A stretch of 62,849 nt of DNA, counting the filler, from Choristocarpus tenellus KU-1152 (Eukaryota; Protista; Phaeophyceae): NCBI GenBank assembly GCA_964200185.2. It is 14 parts of 14 records of this genome, joined end to end, with 100 filler letters (N's around TTAATTAATTAA, not from the genome) between each part and the next. Parts side by side here need not be neighbours in the genome. Positions count along the whole stretch, not along the records: positions 1 to 3,916 come from CAXNAD020017165.1; positions 4,017 to 8,013 come from CAXNAD020016746.1; positions 8,114 to 15,616 come from CAXNAD020006051.1; 11 more parts are not named here. One strand, given 5' to 3'. The notes beneath the pieces were generated by a model, which made no database searches, had not been told where the DNA came from, and saw nothing but the letters and a program-made list of their open reading frames with translations. Below are positions 1-12,300 of the stretch, piece by piece. A program made the position numbers and the translations under genes. How positions within the stretch are numbered: the stretch's first letter is position 1; each line of letters opens with the position of its first letter.

Positions 1-230
1 AAAACAACATCCCTCACTGTAGAAGCCGAGGGAGGTTGGTCACACCCTCCCTCCTCCCTCCCCCCCCCCCCTCGCCAACCTAAACAAAGACTACTTGATT
101 CTGCTTCGAGCCAAGGCAAATGGCAGGACATGAAACCGCCCTGTGAGCGCCCTGTAACAACGTCGACCCTTACGCTAACCCTAACCCTGATCTAATGGTG
201 TTGACAGCCCTAGTCCAATCAGAAGCTCAC

Positions 231-2385
231 CAAGCAGAACCCTGCCGCCCCTCTTGATGGCAAAAAGCAGAAATTCCACCTGGGGCAGGGGGGGGAACAA
301 AATGTCAGGACTGGGGCTGACCGATAGAACACATATGTTCCGAGTGTTTTAGTGTGAGCAACTGAGGGGAGTGATTCAAGTGGGGGGGAAGCACTGCTCT
401 GTAGGGCAGGAATCGACCCAGATAATACTGCCAGGATCTATTGCCTGAGGGGGGGAGGGGGGATTCTTTGGGTGTGTGTATTTGCATAACCACTTTCACA
501 GGGGAACCACTAGCACACACATTTTTCACCTACATATGTATACCACCATTAGCAAATAGAAGAACAACCCATAGCAAAAAAAATGTTCCGCGAAAAACGA
601 TTGTACAGAACTGACATCAGCATTCACACCATTCACACCACGAAAGGCGGTTTCTGAAAGGATGAGCCATTGGTAGAAGCATAAATTGGAATAGCATACT
701 AAACTTGGTGTAACTATGATAGTATGATAGTATGATAGTACTATCAGATCGGCGTGTACAGTTAGTCACCTGCCCGTAGCAAGGCCATACCCTCACTTAG
801 GGCATTATGAGGCTACAAACTCATAGGGTAGCCTAAGGAGGATAACAAAAAAATGAAGAATCAGTGCTGTGCATTAGAACGAGATAATGATGACTGCAGG
901 CTGCGAGCTCTACCAAAGAATTAGAAATAGTTGAAAGGCCCACTCAGTATATATATACATATATTAAATTATTCACCCCATTGCACTGCGTTCCAGAGAT
1001 AGCTAAGGACACTTTCACACACAAAGGCCGGGGTGACATCGACTCTTCCAGGTGTTAGAAGTGAACCAAGCTTCAACCCTAACCCTGACCACAACCTCCT
1101 CAACAGATTCATTTTATTCAGTTGTTAATATCGTTGCTGTGCAGCAGGTTTAAAAATAAATAAATTGATGCCTACGAAATAGTGGCCAGATAGACCATAC
1201 CGCTTAAAATGTGTTTGCCAAGACACTGGGTTCATTAGGTTGTCTCAAAATATAGTGCCATTGGCCAACCTCATACCAATACCTTTTTTTATTTGCCCAT
1301 AACGAACCAGTAATATTGCTGTTGATGGGGTCGTGGTCAGGCTTAGGGTTGGGGCTTCGTTCACTGCTTATGCCTGCCAGAGTCAATGCCATCCCAGCCT
1401 TCGTAAATACAAGTGCACCTGACCATCTTTACAGTCTAAATTATGTACCTGTTCACCTTGGAACAGTAAGAACAGTGCTACCTAACCCTGACATTAACAT
1501 AACACAGACCAACCACGACTAGCATTGACCCACCATATGCTCCAGCAATTCTGTATTGGACATGTATAGTGTTTGTCCACACAGAGCTATAACTCCAACA
1601 GTGCAATACACAATGTAGGACCCCCAAATCCAGAACCTAAAATAAACTCCCGCTAGAACCACACCTGAAGACAATATTATTAATGCTACAGACTCCATTT
1701 TGCCCTATTTTGCCCACAAATAGTCAATTGACTATTCAGATAGTACTACATACATATATGGATACATTCAGCCCAACCAGCAAGACTAGGGTGAGGCATG
1801 GGAGCAGATGAAGGAAAAAAGCATAATTGGAGAGGAAGAACTTTCAAAGACACAAAAAACAGAACAGAACAAGTCTTTAATTGGTTGGGCAACTGGTTCT
1901 GTCGACCACTTTCTCCACCAAGTAAACCACGACTGCATTGCAAATGCTGAACACACGGAGGGGATAGGGGGGGAGGGGAGAGTAATAGTCCTTAACTGCT
2001 GGGTATTGAACAGTTGATAAAATGCCCTTCCTCTACTAGAAAATATGTAGGCATCAATTGGATACATTTGCCATCAATATTCCCTTTCCTACTTCCACCC
2101 AACACCTCCCCGCCCCCCACTCCACAACAACATGCTGTGCATACAGTATTACCCAATTTTCAAAAATTGCATTTGCAGCCCTCACACCTGGAAGGGGTAA
2201 AGGGTGGACATGAGCCTCTCAGGTATGTTCTCGATCCTGTGTGTCAGCTCCTCCTCCTCCTGTTCCTCTACTTTCTCCTGGGGTGCTTCTTCAACATTTG
2301 AACCCCAAAGCCCTTTATCTGAGATGCTTGCAGAGCTCTTCCCCGGCCCACTCCCCCTTGAGATAATGCCTGTCATGGTAGATGC
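231..2385 (-). CDS. SNF2-family helicase, SMARCAL1/ZRANB3-like (two internal exons: 2385-2188 and 279-231; partial gene)
   Basis: AG/GT-bounded exons splice in frame to ...IENIPERLMSTLYPFQ|VEFLLFAIKRGGRVLLG. This matches the L-x-P-F-Q-x-E-G-V-x-F...GR-x-LL-x-DEMGLGKT start of the SMARCAL1/ZRANB3 ATPase domain. The Walker A exon was not found in the window. Confidence 0.7.
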
Positions 2386-2519
2386 CTGGAAAAGACATAG
2401 CATGCATTGGTGAGGACTGTATGCACTGTCAAGATATTGCAATTCCTACCAACACATTTACATTTGTCTCAATCTCAACCAATGCAGGAAAGCTTCGAAT
2501 GCTGCATGTATCAATAGTA

Positions 2520-3300
2520 TGTTTGGTTCAGAGTGACACGTATGTGTATTGAGATAAGAAATACGCAAGATTTTACTTGAACCCGACTCCATGCTGGGGG
2601 AGCAGGTTCATCTCTACTAACCTTAGCAACATGCTTAGAGCGGAGGATACCATTTCTGAGGAAGGCTGGAAGCTCCTCCAGCACAGCACCAGGAATGGCT
2701 CTAGTAACGTGTAAGTACATGAGGGGAGTTAAGGGTCGTGACTGAGCAGGAGTAGATAGATCGCTCGAGAAATTGCGTGTCGTGCTGAAGCGAGAGAGAC
2801 TTCGTACTTGGTAGCATTTTGCACTTAAGTCGCTACATGCAACAGTACCAAGGAAGACTATATCGTATCCCTCAAGCTTGTACTGTCGCATCTTAGACGT
2901 GGTTGAGGGGTGGCATGGGAAGGACACGCGGTGGTTGAAGAGAGGCGCACCATGCCTAAGGGCACCCCGCATAGGTACACTTCGAAAGTACAAGGAAGTA
3001 GAGAGTGCAAGACAATACCCATACAGTTGGCAACCATTCAACACAGAAGACGAGGAAAAACATGGCCTACCTGAATTGACGAGTGACTTCATCGTACGAA
3101 GACATTGGAAAATGCCAAAGCTTCTGCTCTGGGTCATACATGGAACACGATAAACCCTGATACAGGAGGCAGGATAGGCAACACGGTTGGGATACGGAGT
3201 TGTAGGCATTGTCGTCCGTACCTAAATGGTATGAGTGGTGAGGAGATAGCACCTACTATTATGTATTTGTATATTATGAAAACTACGCCAGGCAGAACAA
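2520..3300 (-). mobile_element. Decayed Ty1/Copia integrase region
   Basis: Frameshifted pieces LGTDDNAYNS...YDPEQ and RTMKSLVNSG resemble Copia IN (lRtDnG.EY...PEQNG, RT..sll..sg); multiple stops and frameshifts. Confidence 0.45.
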
Positions 3301-3871
3301 TCAGACGCTTCATCACCTATAACTAAGGAGCACGTGACTGACCTTGTACAAAGTGAGCAGGGCCTGGAAGTAAGGGTGCCGTAGACCAAAACGTGGAGGG
3401 GTGAGAGATCTTATCACAACCGTGGCAGTAACACTTGTGGATTCCCTCCATGATGACATCTCACTCAGGGAGGTTCCTGCTGAATCATGTTTATTGCAAT
3501 TTGACATGTCTGAGGATCAAGTAAAGTGTACTCAGCAAACCCAAATTCAAATCTAGTTCTTGTGAACCTATCTAGTCAATCCATAATCCTTGACAACTTC
3601 AAGGCCCATTGAACCGTGCTTCGCGACCAAACCTACCTCTTCACTCATGTGCAAAATAGTTAGAAAAGTGTCCAATGCGGAAGTCCTTTCGAAGGGTGAG
3701 TTCCCCACACAAACCGTCTAGAGAGTTGGTACGGGGAGAGGTAGGTAGAGGAGGGACCCATACGTAGAGGAGTGCTTCAATCCATACGAATATACGTATC
3801 AAACAAAATTGAAAAGTGAAAATAAAATAGTATTCCTTCAAAATACCATTTTTTCTTCTATAAATTTATTA

Positions 3872-3916
3872 TATTATTATGCCCTCTGACATTTTGCAGT
3901 TGTGTCAGGGGAAAAC
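3872..3916 (-). repeat. 3' tail (hairpin + (ATA)n) of the CRE-like LINE, cut by contig end
   Basis: tattattatgccctctgacattttgcagttgtgtcagggg is the reverse complement of the tail consensus CCCTGACACATCTGCAAAATGTCAGAGGGCATAATAATA. Confidence 0.85.
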
Positions 3917-4016
3917 NNNNNNNNNNNNNNNNNNNNNNNNNNNNNNNNNNNNNNNNNNNNTTAATTAATTAANNNNNNNNNNNNNNNNNNNNNNNNNNNN
4001 NNNNNNNNNNNNNNNN
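3917..4016. other. Artificial contig linker N44-TTAATTAATTAA-N44 (first of 13)
   Basis: Identical 100-bp spacer with stops in all six frames, also at 8014, 15617, 23412, 28480, 32165, 36255, 39562, 43676, 47419, 50807, 55938 and 58799. Confidence 0.98.
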
Positions 4017-4061
4017 GGACCCTCTGGTGTAGACCCCCCCCCCCCCCAGATACTTTGGGTC
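4017..4061. mobile_element. MITE family B terminus
   Basis: ggtgtagac-polyC-cagatactttgggtc, the same terminus type as the complete copy at 49109-49287. Confidence 0.8.
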
Positions 4062-4530
4062 TCTGTTTGAGACAAACAGTATCTGTCACTGACAAGTAGC
4101 CCTCTTGAGACGCACCACGTATTTCAAACTATAGACACCAGGCAGGTGGGTAAGAAGAGATCTGTCAGATTGTTGGGATGCTTCCCCAGCTCCTCACCCA
4201 CCTTCACAGAGCTAAGTTAGATTGGAAACATAGCAGTGTACATGTTACTTGGTAGTCTTTCAAGGGAGCATTCTTGTATTGTGAATTATAAAATAGTAAA
4301 TAAAGTGAAAGTATCTTAGAGGATACGAGTCTTGCCCTGTTTGTCCGTTTTGGGCTTGGATTCCCACTTCTTCTTTTTTACATTTTACCTACTCCGAAAC
4401 TTGACTAATAGTTTTAGAGAGGAATCACTGAACCTGACGACAACTAACGGTTATTCTTACACCAGTCCTCCTTGTGATAAAGTTATGGCTTTCCCTGACA
4501 CATCCTTAAAATGTCAGAAGGCGTAAAAAT
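4062..4530 (+). mobile_element. CRE-like LINE 3' fragment interrupted by a half MITE-A (about 4303-4420)
   Basis: Homologous to 9140-9440 (acaagtagccc...gggatgcttccc...ctaagttagattgga...ctgacacatc...aaatgtcaga). A MITE-A left end, aagtgaaagtatcttagagg, starts at 4303. Confidence 0.7.
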
Positions 4531-6037
4531 GTACTTCGTAATATAAAAACATGTAGAAATATTTGTCGTATCACTTGGGCATCCATTAAAAGCGTACAAA
4601 TAATAGTTGGTACCACTCATCCTCTACAAAACATGTACAAATGGTTTGACGGTATAAATATGGTGAGTCGAGTCCCTCCCCAATGATTGGTGCTTGTGAG
4701 CATACCAAGTACTGGGCGCAATTACATTGGTACTTAGGAGTAACTTAAAACTTGCGCAGAAATGCTCTTTGCCAAATATCAGAAGAAGAATCAGTCTTGT
4801 ACACAATAGTAGTACGACAACTGTTACATTTGCAGGGGTTCCAATGATATTGAGTTGGCTTTTTGTCAGAGGGTATAATAATATAGAAGCACAGCTGTGT
4901 ACACATTTGGTTTTTCCCTGACACATCTGCAAATGTCAGAGGTTATAGTTGTAATATAATTAATCTGATCTGCTAACACGAGTTCGTACAGCGTATTGTC
5001 TGATATGTTGATGGTACGGCTTCATCGTTTGTTATTTACCAAACTTTTAATGAACGAATTCACCCACCCATAACCGTTGCCAATAGCGCCTCGAACGTGT
5101 TTTGGAGAACTGTTAAAGAGTGTTCCTACCTCTCAAAGTTCCGTGAAACGATATTTTATTACAGTGTCTAGAAAAATATTATAGTCTATCCCTGATTCTT
5201 TCCTACTCTTACTCACTACTTTCGTTTTTTGAAATGATGTTACATGAAAGGAAAAAAATGAAATGATGCGAGTTGTAGAGTCTGTATTATTTACACGCGC
5301 GACAGAAGATAAGAAATACTCCACCCTAAAAGTAACTGGACCAAGGGCAACAGGCAGTGGGTGTATGGGTCCGTTTCTAGATCGGGTTGTACTTTCTTTC
5401 TTTAAGTTCAAACAAAGCGAAACAACTAGAAGGAGTTGGCTGACATTCTACTTGGAATTGGGTTCGTCATCTCTGAAGGATAAAACTAGACACCAACACA
5501 CGAAAAAAATAACTGGGGAAGGGTGGAGGGGTTGGTTAAAGTTGATAGATCACTGCTTCGGTTTTGAATCAGAGGAGGATGTCAAATTCTACATTTTAAG
5601 AACGTACCTTTTTGTGCAATACATTTACCTCATAATTGATTGGGTTTATTTGATTGGATGTTTGAGACATCAGGTTGAAGTTGTGGTTAGACAATGTGAT
5701 CGGGTGAAGGTATATAAAATCTTCCATATCTTGTCTCCCATTCATAGCTCAACTAGAATCATACCTAATTGATCGACATGCCCTACTCGGGGAAAGGCAC
5801 ACATTTGTCGACATTCGGGACCTGACAAGCCCTAAACACTCCTGTGACAAGTGCTTTAGATACAGTGGGTTGGTAGCAAAACGTGGACCGGGTTAGGACC
5901 TTTCAATTGTCACGATTCGCTAACCGCAACTCCATTGTGGCGTGGAACAAAATGACCTTGACTAATCGGTCTCAGTGTGTCCAAGCCAACCTAAAGAACT
6001 CCACAACTTAGAGGACATTGACGCATGTGCTATATGA

Positions 6038-6295
6038 GAGTGAAAGTATCTTAGAGGGTTGAGTTTTGCCCTGTTTGTCAATTTGGGGCTTGGCTTCCCA
6101 TGAGTTCTTTTATGACATTTTCATACTCCAAATGATTTTTGAGTAGGTAAAATGCGTACGTTATGAAAAGGTGTGTCTGAAACAAGGATGTTGACACATA
6201 CTAACAAACACGATAGTCAAAATTACATCAAAATTACAACATTGGATTTTGGCCCCCAAATGGACGCGGCCCTACCCTCTAAGATATTTTGACTC
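6038..6295 (+). mobile_element. MITE family A, full length (258 bp), TSD TGA
   Basis: TIRs gagtgaaagtatcttagagggt / accctctaagatattttgactc, flanked by TGA on both sides; no ORF. Confidence 0.92.
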
Positions 6296-7119
6296 TGAGT
6301 AAATACAAGGAAATTCAACGTAATTCGTTTATAATTTGTATAATAATTGCCCTCTCACATAGCTTTTTCCCAGATAAGATGAGATGGTCTTTGGGTGACA
6401 ACAAGCAGCACAATTAACAGCATAAGGCAGAGAATAAAACAAACAACCATAACAACAAACACAGAGTGACGAACCTAATTCCTCCATGTGATACCATCTC
6501 TAGTTTCACTTCTTAGCCTCTTAGACAACAAAGGTGATTTAATATAGGCCTTTCTATATACCATGGTGTGATAATCTTTGTTTTTTGCAATGACTCGTTT
6601 TGATGGGTATTATTAACAGCAACAAAACCTCCTAGTTGCAAGATGAAAATGGGATGCTCAGCAAAACCTTACAGACAGTTCGTCGATTATCAAAATCACT
6701 CGTTTAGAAAATACCACCACCACCACCGCATACTAATCTAGGGGAGGAAATCGACTGTCTATGTTTTGGATGATGTTGAACTCCGCATGCCAGGAAATGA
6801 GCCCATCTTCGAGGTGCTTGTCTCCAAGTACACAACAAATAACCCATATATAACCTCACAGGCAATTTCCTAGGGTCTTGGCAAACCTCTGGGAGAGCAA
6901 ACATGTACACCCACGGATTCCCTACCTCTGGAGTTTTACATACACTCACTACATAATACTCCAAGAGTACCTATTGCCTCATTCCATAACAGTATAACAA
7001 GGGAGGGTTTATCCACCTACTAGTATTTGTCATGGTTTATGATTCAGGTATACAGCAAGATGATGAGGGGATACTGTATTAATATATACAGTCACAGTGT
7101 GTCATTGACCAACCAGCAT

Positions 7120-7376
7120 GAGTGAAAGTATCTTAGAGGGTAGGAGTTTTGCCCTGTTTGTCCATTTGGGGCTTGGATTCGCACGGGTTAAAATGACATT
7201 TTACCTACTCCGAAATGTTTTGGAGTAGGTAAAATGTGTATGTTATGAAAAGTGCGTCTGGAACAAGGATAATGAGACTTCCTAACAAATATGATGGCCA
7301 AAATTACATCAAACTTTCAACATTGGATTTTGACCGCAAAACGGACGCGGCTCTACCCTCTAAGATACTTTGACTC
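7120..7376 (+). mobile_element. MITE family A, full length, no TSD
   Basis: Same TIRs and internal sequence; perfect 16-bp central hairpin at 7196-7237; flanks CAT/AAG do not match. Confidence 0.92.
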
Positions 7377-7980
7377 AAGAGTCAGTTGGAAACTTCTGAC
7401 TGGATAGAAATGTCAGTTTTAATAGTGACCCCTGCCAGCTGTTGATGATGATGTGTAGCAATTTTTCGGCGTTATTGTTAATGGTCGTGAGGCCTGGTGA
7501 TTCCTCGATGGTTGGTTATGAAGGTCAAGTTCATGATGTATTTTAATAAATATCAATCAAAGTCTGCATTGTGGAGATCTCTTCTTTGTCAGGTCGGGGT
7601 TCCATCACATTTGACTTCGCTTCAGGAAGATTTGTCCAGACTTCGTTGATCTCTTCGTTTCATTACGCATAGCCACCCGTGCTTGGTAGCGAAGTCAGGC
7701 AGGAGGACATGGAGGAGCTGGGGAGATCCTCTTCTCCTGTTGCAAGACAGCCATTTCGATATGGTGCCCCTTCTCACTTGGGCACCAGATCAGGAAGATT
7801 GGGTTGCCTTGGGACGGCAGCCAGGGTGACAGCTTGAAAGGGCTTTATACCTTTGGACGTATATCTTTAATCCCATTACTCTCTATGTCCTGACTCTGGA
7901 TATGTTTGCTGTTTATGTGGCCCTCAATTCCCTCAGTCATTGTATTCACAAGCGATTTTCCTTTCTGTTGGTTAGTGAGG
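7377..7980 (-). mobile_element. Possible decayed Penelope-like retroelement N-terminal/RT fragment
   Basis: Very degenerate pieces (IRPK/GIKP, W-x-P, IIINSWQG) loosely resemble the PLE PxGL and iiI.paDKG motifs. Confidence 0.25.
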
Positions 7981-7988
7981 ACGTCATT

Positions 7989-8191
7989 GACCTAAAGTAT
8001 CTGGGAGGGGGGGNNNNNNNNNNNNNNNNNNNNNNNNNNNNNNNNNNNNNNNNNNNNTTAATTAATTAANNNNNNNNNNNNNNNNNNNNNNNNNNNNNNN
8101 NNNNNNNNNNNNNACTTCTCCTGGTCAGGGCCCGAATGGACACCCTGGTGTAGACCCCCCCCCACCCCCACCCCCCCAGATAATTTGAGCC
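7989..8191. mobile_element. MITE family B termini on either side of a linker (7989-8013 and 8114-8191)
   Basis: gacctaaagtatctgggagggggg, then aatggacaccctggtgtagac-polyC-cagataatttgagcc. No matching TSD, so these may be two different copies. Confidence 0.75.
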
Positions 8192-9446
8192 TCTACTGGA
8201 GTCCCTTCAGAAGACCTGGCGGAGATTATTGGGCAAGGCTGGGTAGCTTGGGGGGAACAACAACCCCCGTACTTGCCCCAGAGGTCCACACTCTGGCAGC
8301 CCATGATGTCAGGATCACAAGGAGGGTACAACACGAGAGCAACCGCCTCCAAAACAGGATCCGCTTTGAGTCTTTCTGGATGCAATTGGCTGCCTTACCT
8401 GATGAAATGGAACAAGGGAAGGAAAGCTCCTCGCTAGCCCTCCTGGCACACTACCGGAGCCAGTGTAGACAAGGGGCAAATGCATGGGCCTCAACATAAC
8501 CCCTGGAACTAGTTTGCCAGATCAATCCCTTAGAGTTTAGACTCACTGCCAGCAGATCCCTAGGGAGGGAGGAGGCCCCATCGAACAGGTTCCTGGTGGC
8601 TGGGTGCAGAAGGCGAAACGTAGATAAGAGACACTCATGTACCTCCCCTAGGGCAGGAGGACAGGTTCGCCAACACACACCAATGGTGAAGCGTCTAGGT
8701 CAACTCTCCAAAGGAATGGGCATCCCTTGCACTATGGAGGATGGTAACCCATTTACAGTGGACCGGAATTTACGAATGGGTCTGGTCTTCCATGCTGGAG
8801 CACTTGGGGATCTGGATCAGCTCCCTAGCGGGACAAGGCGCCTCCTTCTAGATATTATGGTAGCGGTAATAGAAGTGCAGGCAGCATCTCACCTTCCACA
8901 CTCATCTACCAGCAATGGTGTAGCTGCTGCTGCAGTGGAGGTGGGAAAGTACATCCACCACGAGGGATCTTTTGACCCTTGTAGTTATAACCTCAACACC
9001 TTCACGGTGGAAAGTTTTGGGCGCCTTGGTAAGCAAGCGGAATTTTTTCTGGATGAGCTAGCTACGCACATGGTAGGGGGGAGAGGGACAGGAGGCTACA
9101 GCAGGAAAAGGGGCTGCCAAATCCCGCCTACGGCAGATAGTCTCTGTTACAACACAAGTAGCCCTATCTAGACGTGTCATGTATTTTAAGCACCAGGGAG
9201 ATGGGCAAGGAGGGGCTTGTTAGATTCTTGGGATGATTCCCTATCTCCTCCACCTGGGTTCAGGACTAAGTTAGGTTGGAGGCACAGGAGGGCAGTGGTG
9301 TAGCATACGTAATAGTAAAATAGGTGAAAATCTTCCACATTTATGACAACTCCTTCCTACTTGTTTATGGGTTATTCTGACATTTAAATGGTTTTCTTTC
9401 TTTTTTTTGTGGCACATTTCCAAAATGTCAGAGGCATAATAAAAAA
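8192..9446 (+). mobile_element. CRE-like non-LTR retrotransposon, 3' part with restriction-like endonuclease (REL) domain and tail; pseudogenised
   Basis: GANAWAST*P...LEFRLTASRSLG, degenerate Zn-knuckle (C...HSC), QHTPMVKRL, NLRMGLVF...LLLDI, AAAAVEVGK, TFTVESFGRLGKQAEFFL: the AW..P/EF..rLG, RH, RxD..D, K and E.fG.lG motifs of CRE/R2-type REL elements. Ends in aaatgtcagaggcataataaaaaa. Confidence 0.85.
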
Positions 9447-9853
9447 TGATACAATTTCAGGAATGGTGGAATTGTACTTTATGGGAGGCTTTATATTTAT
9501 GTAAACCATGACCTTACTATTATTGTGGTTCTTTTTGTGACATGTCAGATATGGAACAGTGGAGGGCTGTCAATATTCTTTTGTAGTGTGTAACCCCTTA
9601 CCAAGGGCTGGGTATCTGGGTATCTGGGTAGCTAGTAAGTCAACTAGGCGGACTGACCAACTGAAATTTTCTTTCGATCTCGACGTACGTAGAACTGTGT
9701 TGATGTTGTATCAACTGTCCATACGCTACAACATTAACAATTACCTTATTCAATTTCACTGTTTCGGGCAGAGGGTGGTATTGTCGGCATCTCTAGATTA
9801 GTTGTATTTTTAAAAGGCTAGTCCTGTGTAACACCCACTATCTTGGTGAGTTG

Positions 9854-10477
9854 ATGGCACTTGGCGGGGATGAGGAGCCAGGGGAGGATGCTAAACTTGC
9901 AACGAATTCAGCGAAGCCGTCCACAGGGCATGCTACTTCAATAAGCGTAAACAATCATTTCACACCATCACCTGGTGGACCATCTCAAGTTCATCAAGGT
10001 GATAGAAAAATTCTAGCCCTGTCTCCTACGTACTTGGGTCGAACGGAATCAGTCGCAGGCTCTGGCGACGACGAGATCGGGGTCGAAGGCACAAGTTCAC
10101 ATGGAGATGCCATGAGCGCGACGGTTGAGTTAGGACACCATACTGCTGGGAATGGAGGTCAAGTCTCTTTTATTACCAACAACCCCACGGCTATCTCTAC
10201 CCGAGCCAATGCTAGCTCCAGACCAGCGAAAGGCTCTTTCACTGGGTTGAGGATTACTTGCCCTGGACGTAACTCTAGTGGAAATTACAGCGGAAAAGAT
10301 AGCAAAACCTGGCCCTGCATGATGTCCTTCAAGGGAAAGGGAGGAGTGGAAGTGGTAGATGTCCAGCAACTAGATGCGCAATTGACTCAGCCATTGGCGA
10401 GGACATACGCGGACGACCCTGCGGAGGAGGCCGACATTGAGAGTATGGCCAGCATGGCTAGCATGGACAGCCAAGAG
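9854..10477 (+). CDS. Probable first exon of an uncharacterised low-complexity (S/G/D/E-rich) protein, possibly part of the TFIIS-N gene downstream
   Basis: Open frame of over 200 codons from ATG 9854 to a strong donor GAG|GTGAGA at 10477; no recognisable domain. Confidence 0.5.
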
Positions 10478-10899
10478 GTGAGAGGAGGTGGAACACACTA
10501 CTACTCAGCCAACCTGAGGTGTAAAAAGAGTTGGTTTCCAGCTTGTATTGATCCTGGAACTGCTGTCCTCAAGGAGTGTATATAGATCATTTTCCCATAG
10601 TTGTACGGCCACCATCGCGTGGAAGATTTGTGCATTCTCTGCAACAGACTGTCCCAGGTCGACAGACTCTTTCTTTGACTGGTGCCCTTACATTTGGATG
10701 TTTCATACAGATTCAACTCCTTACTCCCACCCCCTTTACCCTCAGCTGTCCCAAGACTTCCACTCAAATCCATTCCGATTTCTGCCTTCGTCCCTATCTC
10801 AGATGCCTGACTGTCCACCACCAGATACCAACACTCAAAACCAGGCGGCTTATTTCTTGACTCTTCCCTTGCTACCATGGACGTTCTTGTCAGGATGAC

Positions 10900-12300
10900 C
10901 TTGACACTCTTGCTGGCACAGACAGTGAGGTTGCCAGCATAACCAGCAGCACAGGTGGTTGCAGCTCAATTTGCAGTGATTCATCCCGTGGATGGGGGGG
11001 TGGGGGTGGGGGTGGAGAGGTGTCGTCATCAGCAGAAGAGTTGGAGGAGGGGGAAGAGGATGTAGCCCTGGGAATATCACTGGCAAGAGCAAGGTGACTA
11101 AAGAAGGATACAGAGATGTCATTAATACAGGGAGCGGTTTTAAAAATCCATTGTGCCTTCTCTGCTACCAACTATTGGTGAGGATACTAGTATGTATGCT
11201 CATTGCTTAACTGAAAGGCTAATCTGCAGTTGAAGATTACATCTTTCAAGAACTTCTTTGGCAGGTTGGTTAATGTGCTTCACTGCAGTTGAAGAGTGTC
11301 ATTGCCATTCACCCACCAGTCACCTGTTGCTTTGAACTTTGCTTTCTAATTCTCTTTGCTCACTGGTGTTGTTGTGGGTGAAACAAATCTGGAGGCTTGA
11401 AAGCACTTGTTCTTCTTTGCAAATAGGTGCTGCATGAGTGACCATCTTAGCAAAGAATAATGGATTCTTCCTCTTTTGCTGTGATCTATTGCATTAATAC
11501 TCCCTTGGATATTCAAGTGCTGGAAACAATGGGTTGATCATTTGCAATACAGCTTAGTTTTTCTTATGCACCATGCATGCAGCCATCTCCACTGAATAGC
11601 TTCTTTGTTGACGTTGCCTGTGTGCACGTAGTGTTGTGACGTTTGCATTGCTAGGTTTTGTGTCAATATCAGCCACTTCTGTAGTCTGCTCTTTCATACT
11701 CCCCTCCAATGCCCTTAGACCCCTGACAGTGGGGCCACGTCTTGCATAGCAAAACCATGACTACCGCAACTGCAATCCCTCCCTGACTGCATCAAGACTC
11801 CACTACATTGGAGCTGTTTGTTCAGTGCACTTGGCCTGAATGACATTTTTGACCTTTGGTCTTAGTTTTGGACTCTGACAATTTGAACCTTTTCCCCTCT
11901 GACATTCAATGTCTCCACATCCCATAAGAAGAGACATAGCAATTTCAAGCAGAATGTCGTACATGTGGCTCACAAGTAGCTCTCATTCCCTTTTCACCAC
12001 CTCTTTCTTGCCAACCACCCCAAACTCCAACCCCCCTACATTGGGACAAAAACTTGGTATACTATAGAATGACTGCAGGGAAGGCACCTTGCTCCTGTAT
12101 GGGGGCAGTGTGCACATGCAGAAGAGGAGGAGCCCACCGTGGTTGGCATCCGCTCAGCTTTAATATCGCAGCAAAGGCCAATAAGAAGAGCACCCAATTA
12201 TCAGAGCACGAAGAGGCATCTCTTTTGGCAGAGATCACTAAGATAGGGAAGGGTGCTAGAGGCGGCAGTGGTGGGGGAGCTAGGGTGTGTGGTGGGGGTA
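10900..12300 (-). mobile_element. Decayed pogo-like (DDE_1) transposase
   Basis: Minus-strand translation contains ESIILC*DGHSCS, resembling the DDE_1 lLi.DGH.SH motif; many stops. Confidence 0.35.

Noticed and set aside
3961-3972. Recurrent TTAATTAATTAA palindrome as a biological site
   Set aside because: It is always centred in N-runs, so it is an assembly linker. Gene neighbourhoods across linkers were therefore not interpreted as a system.
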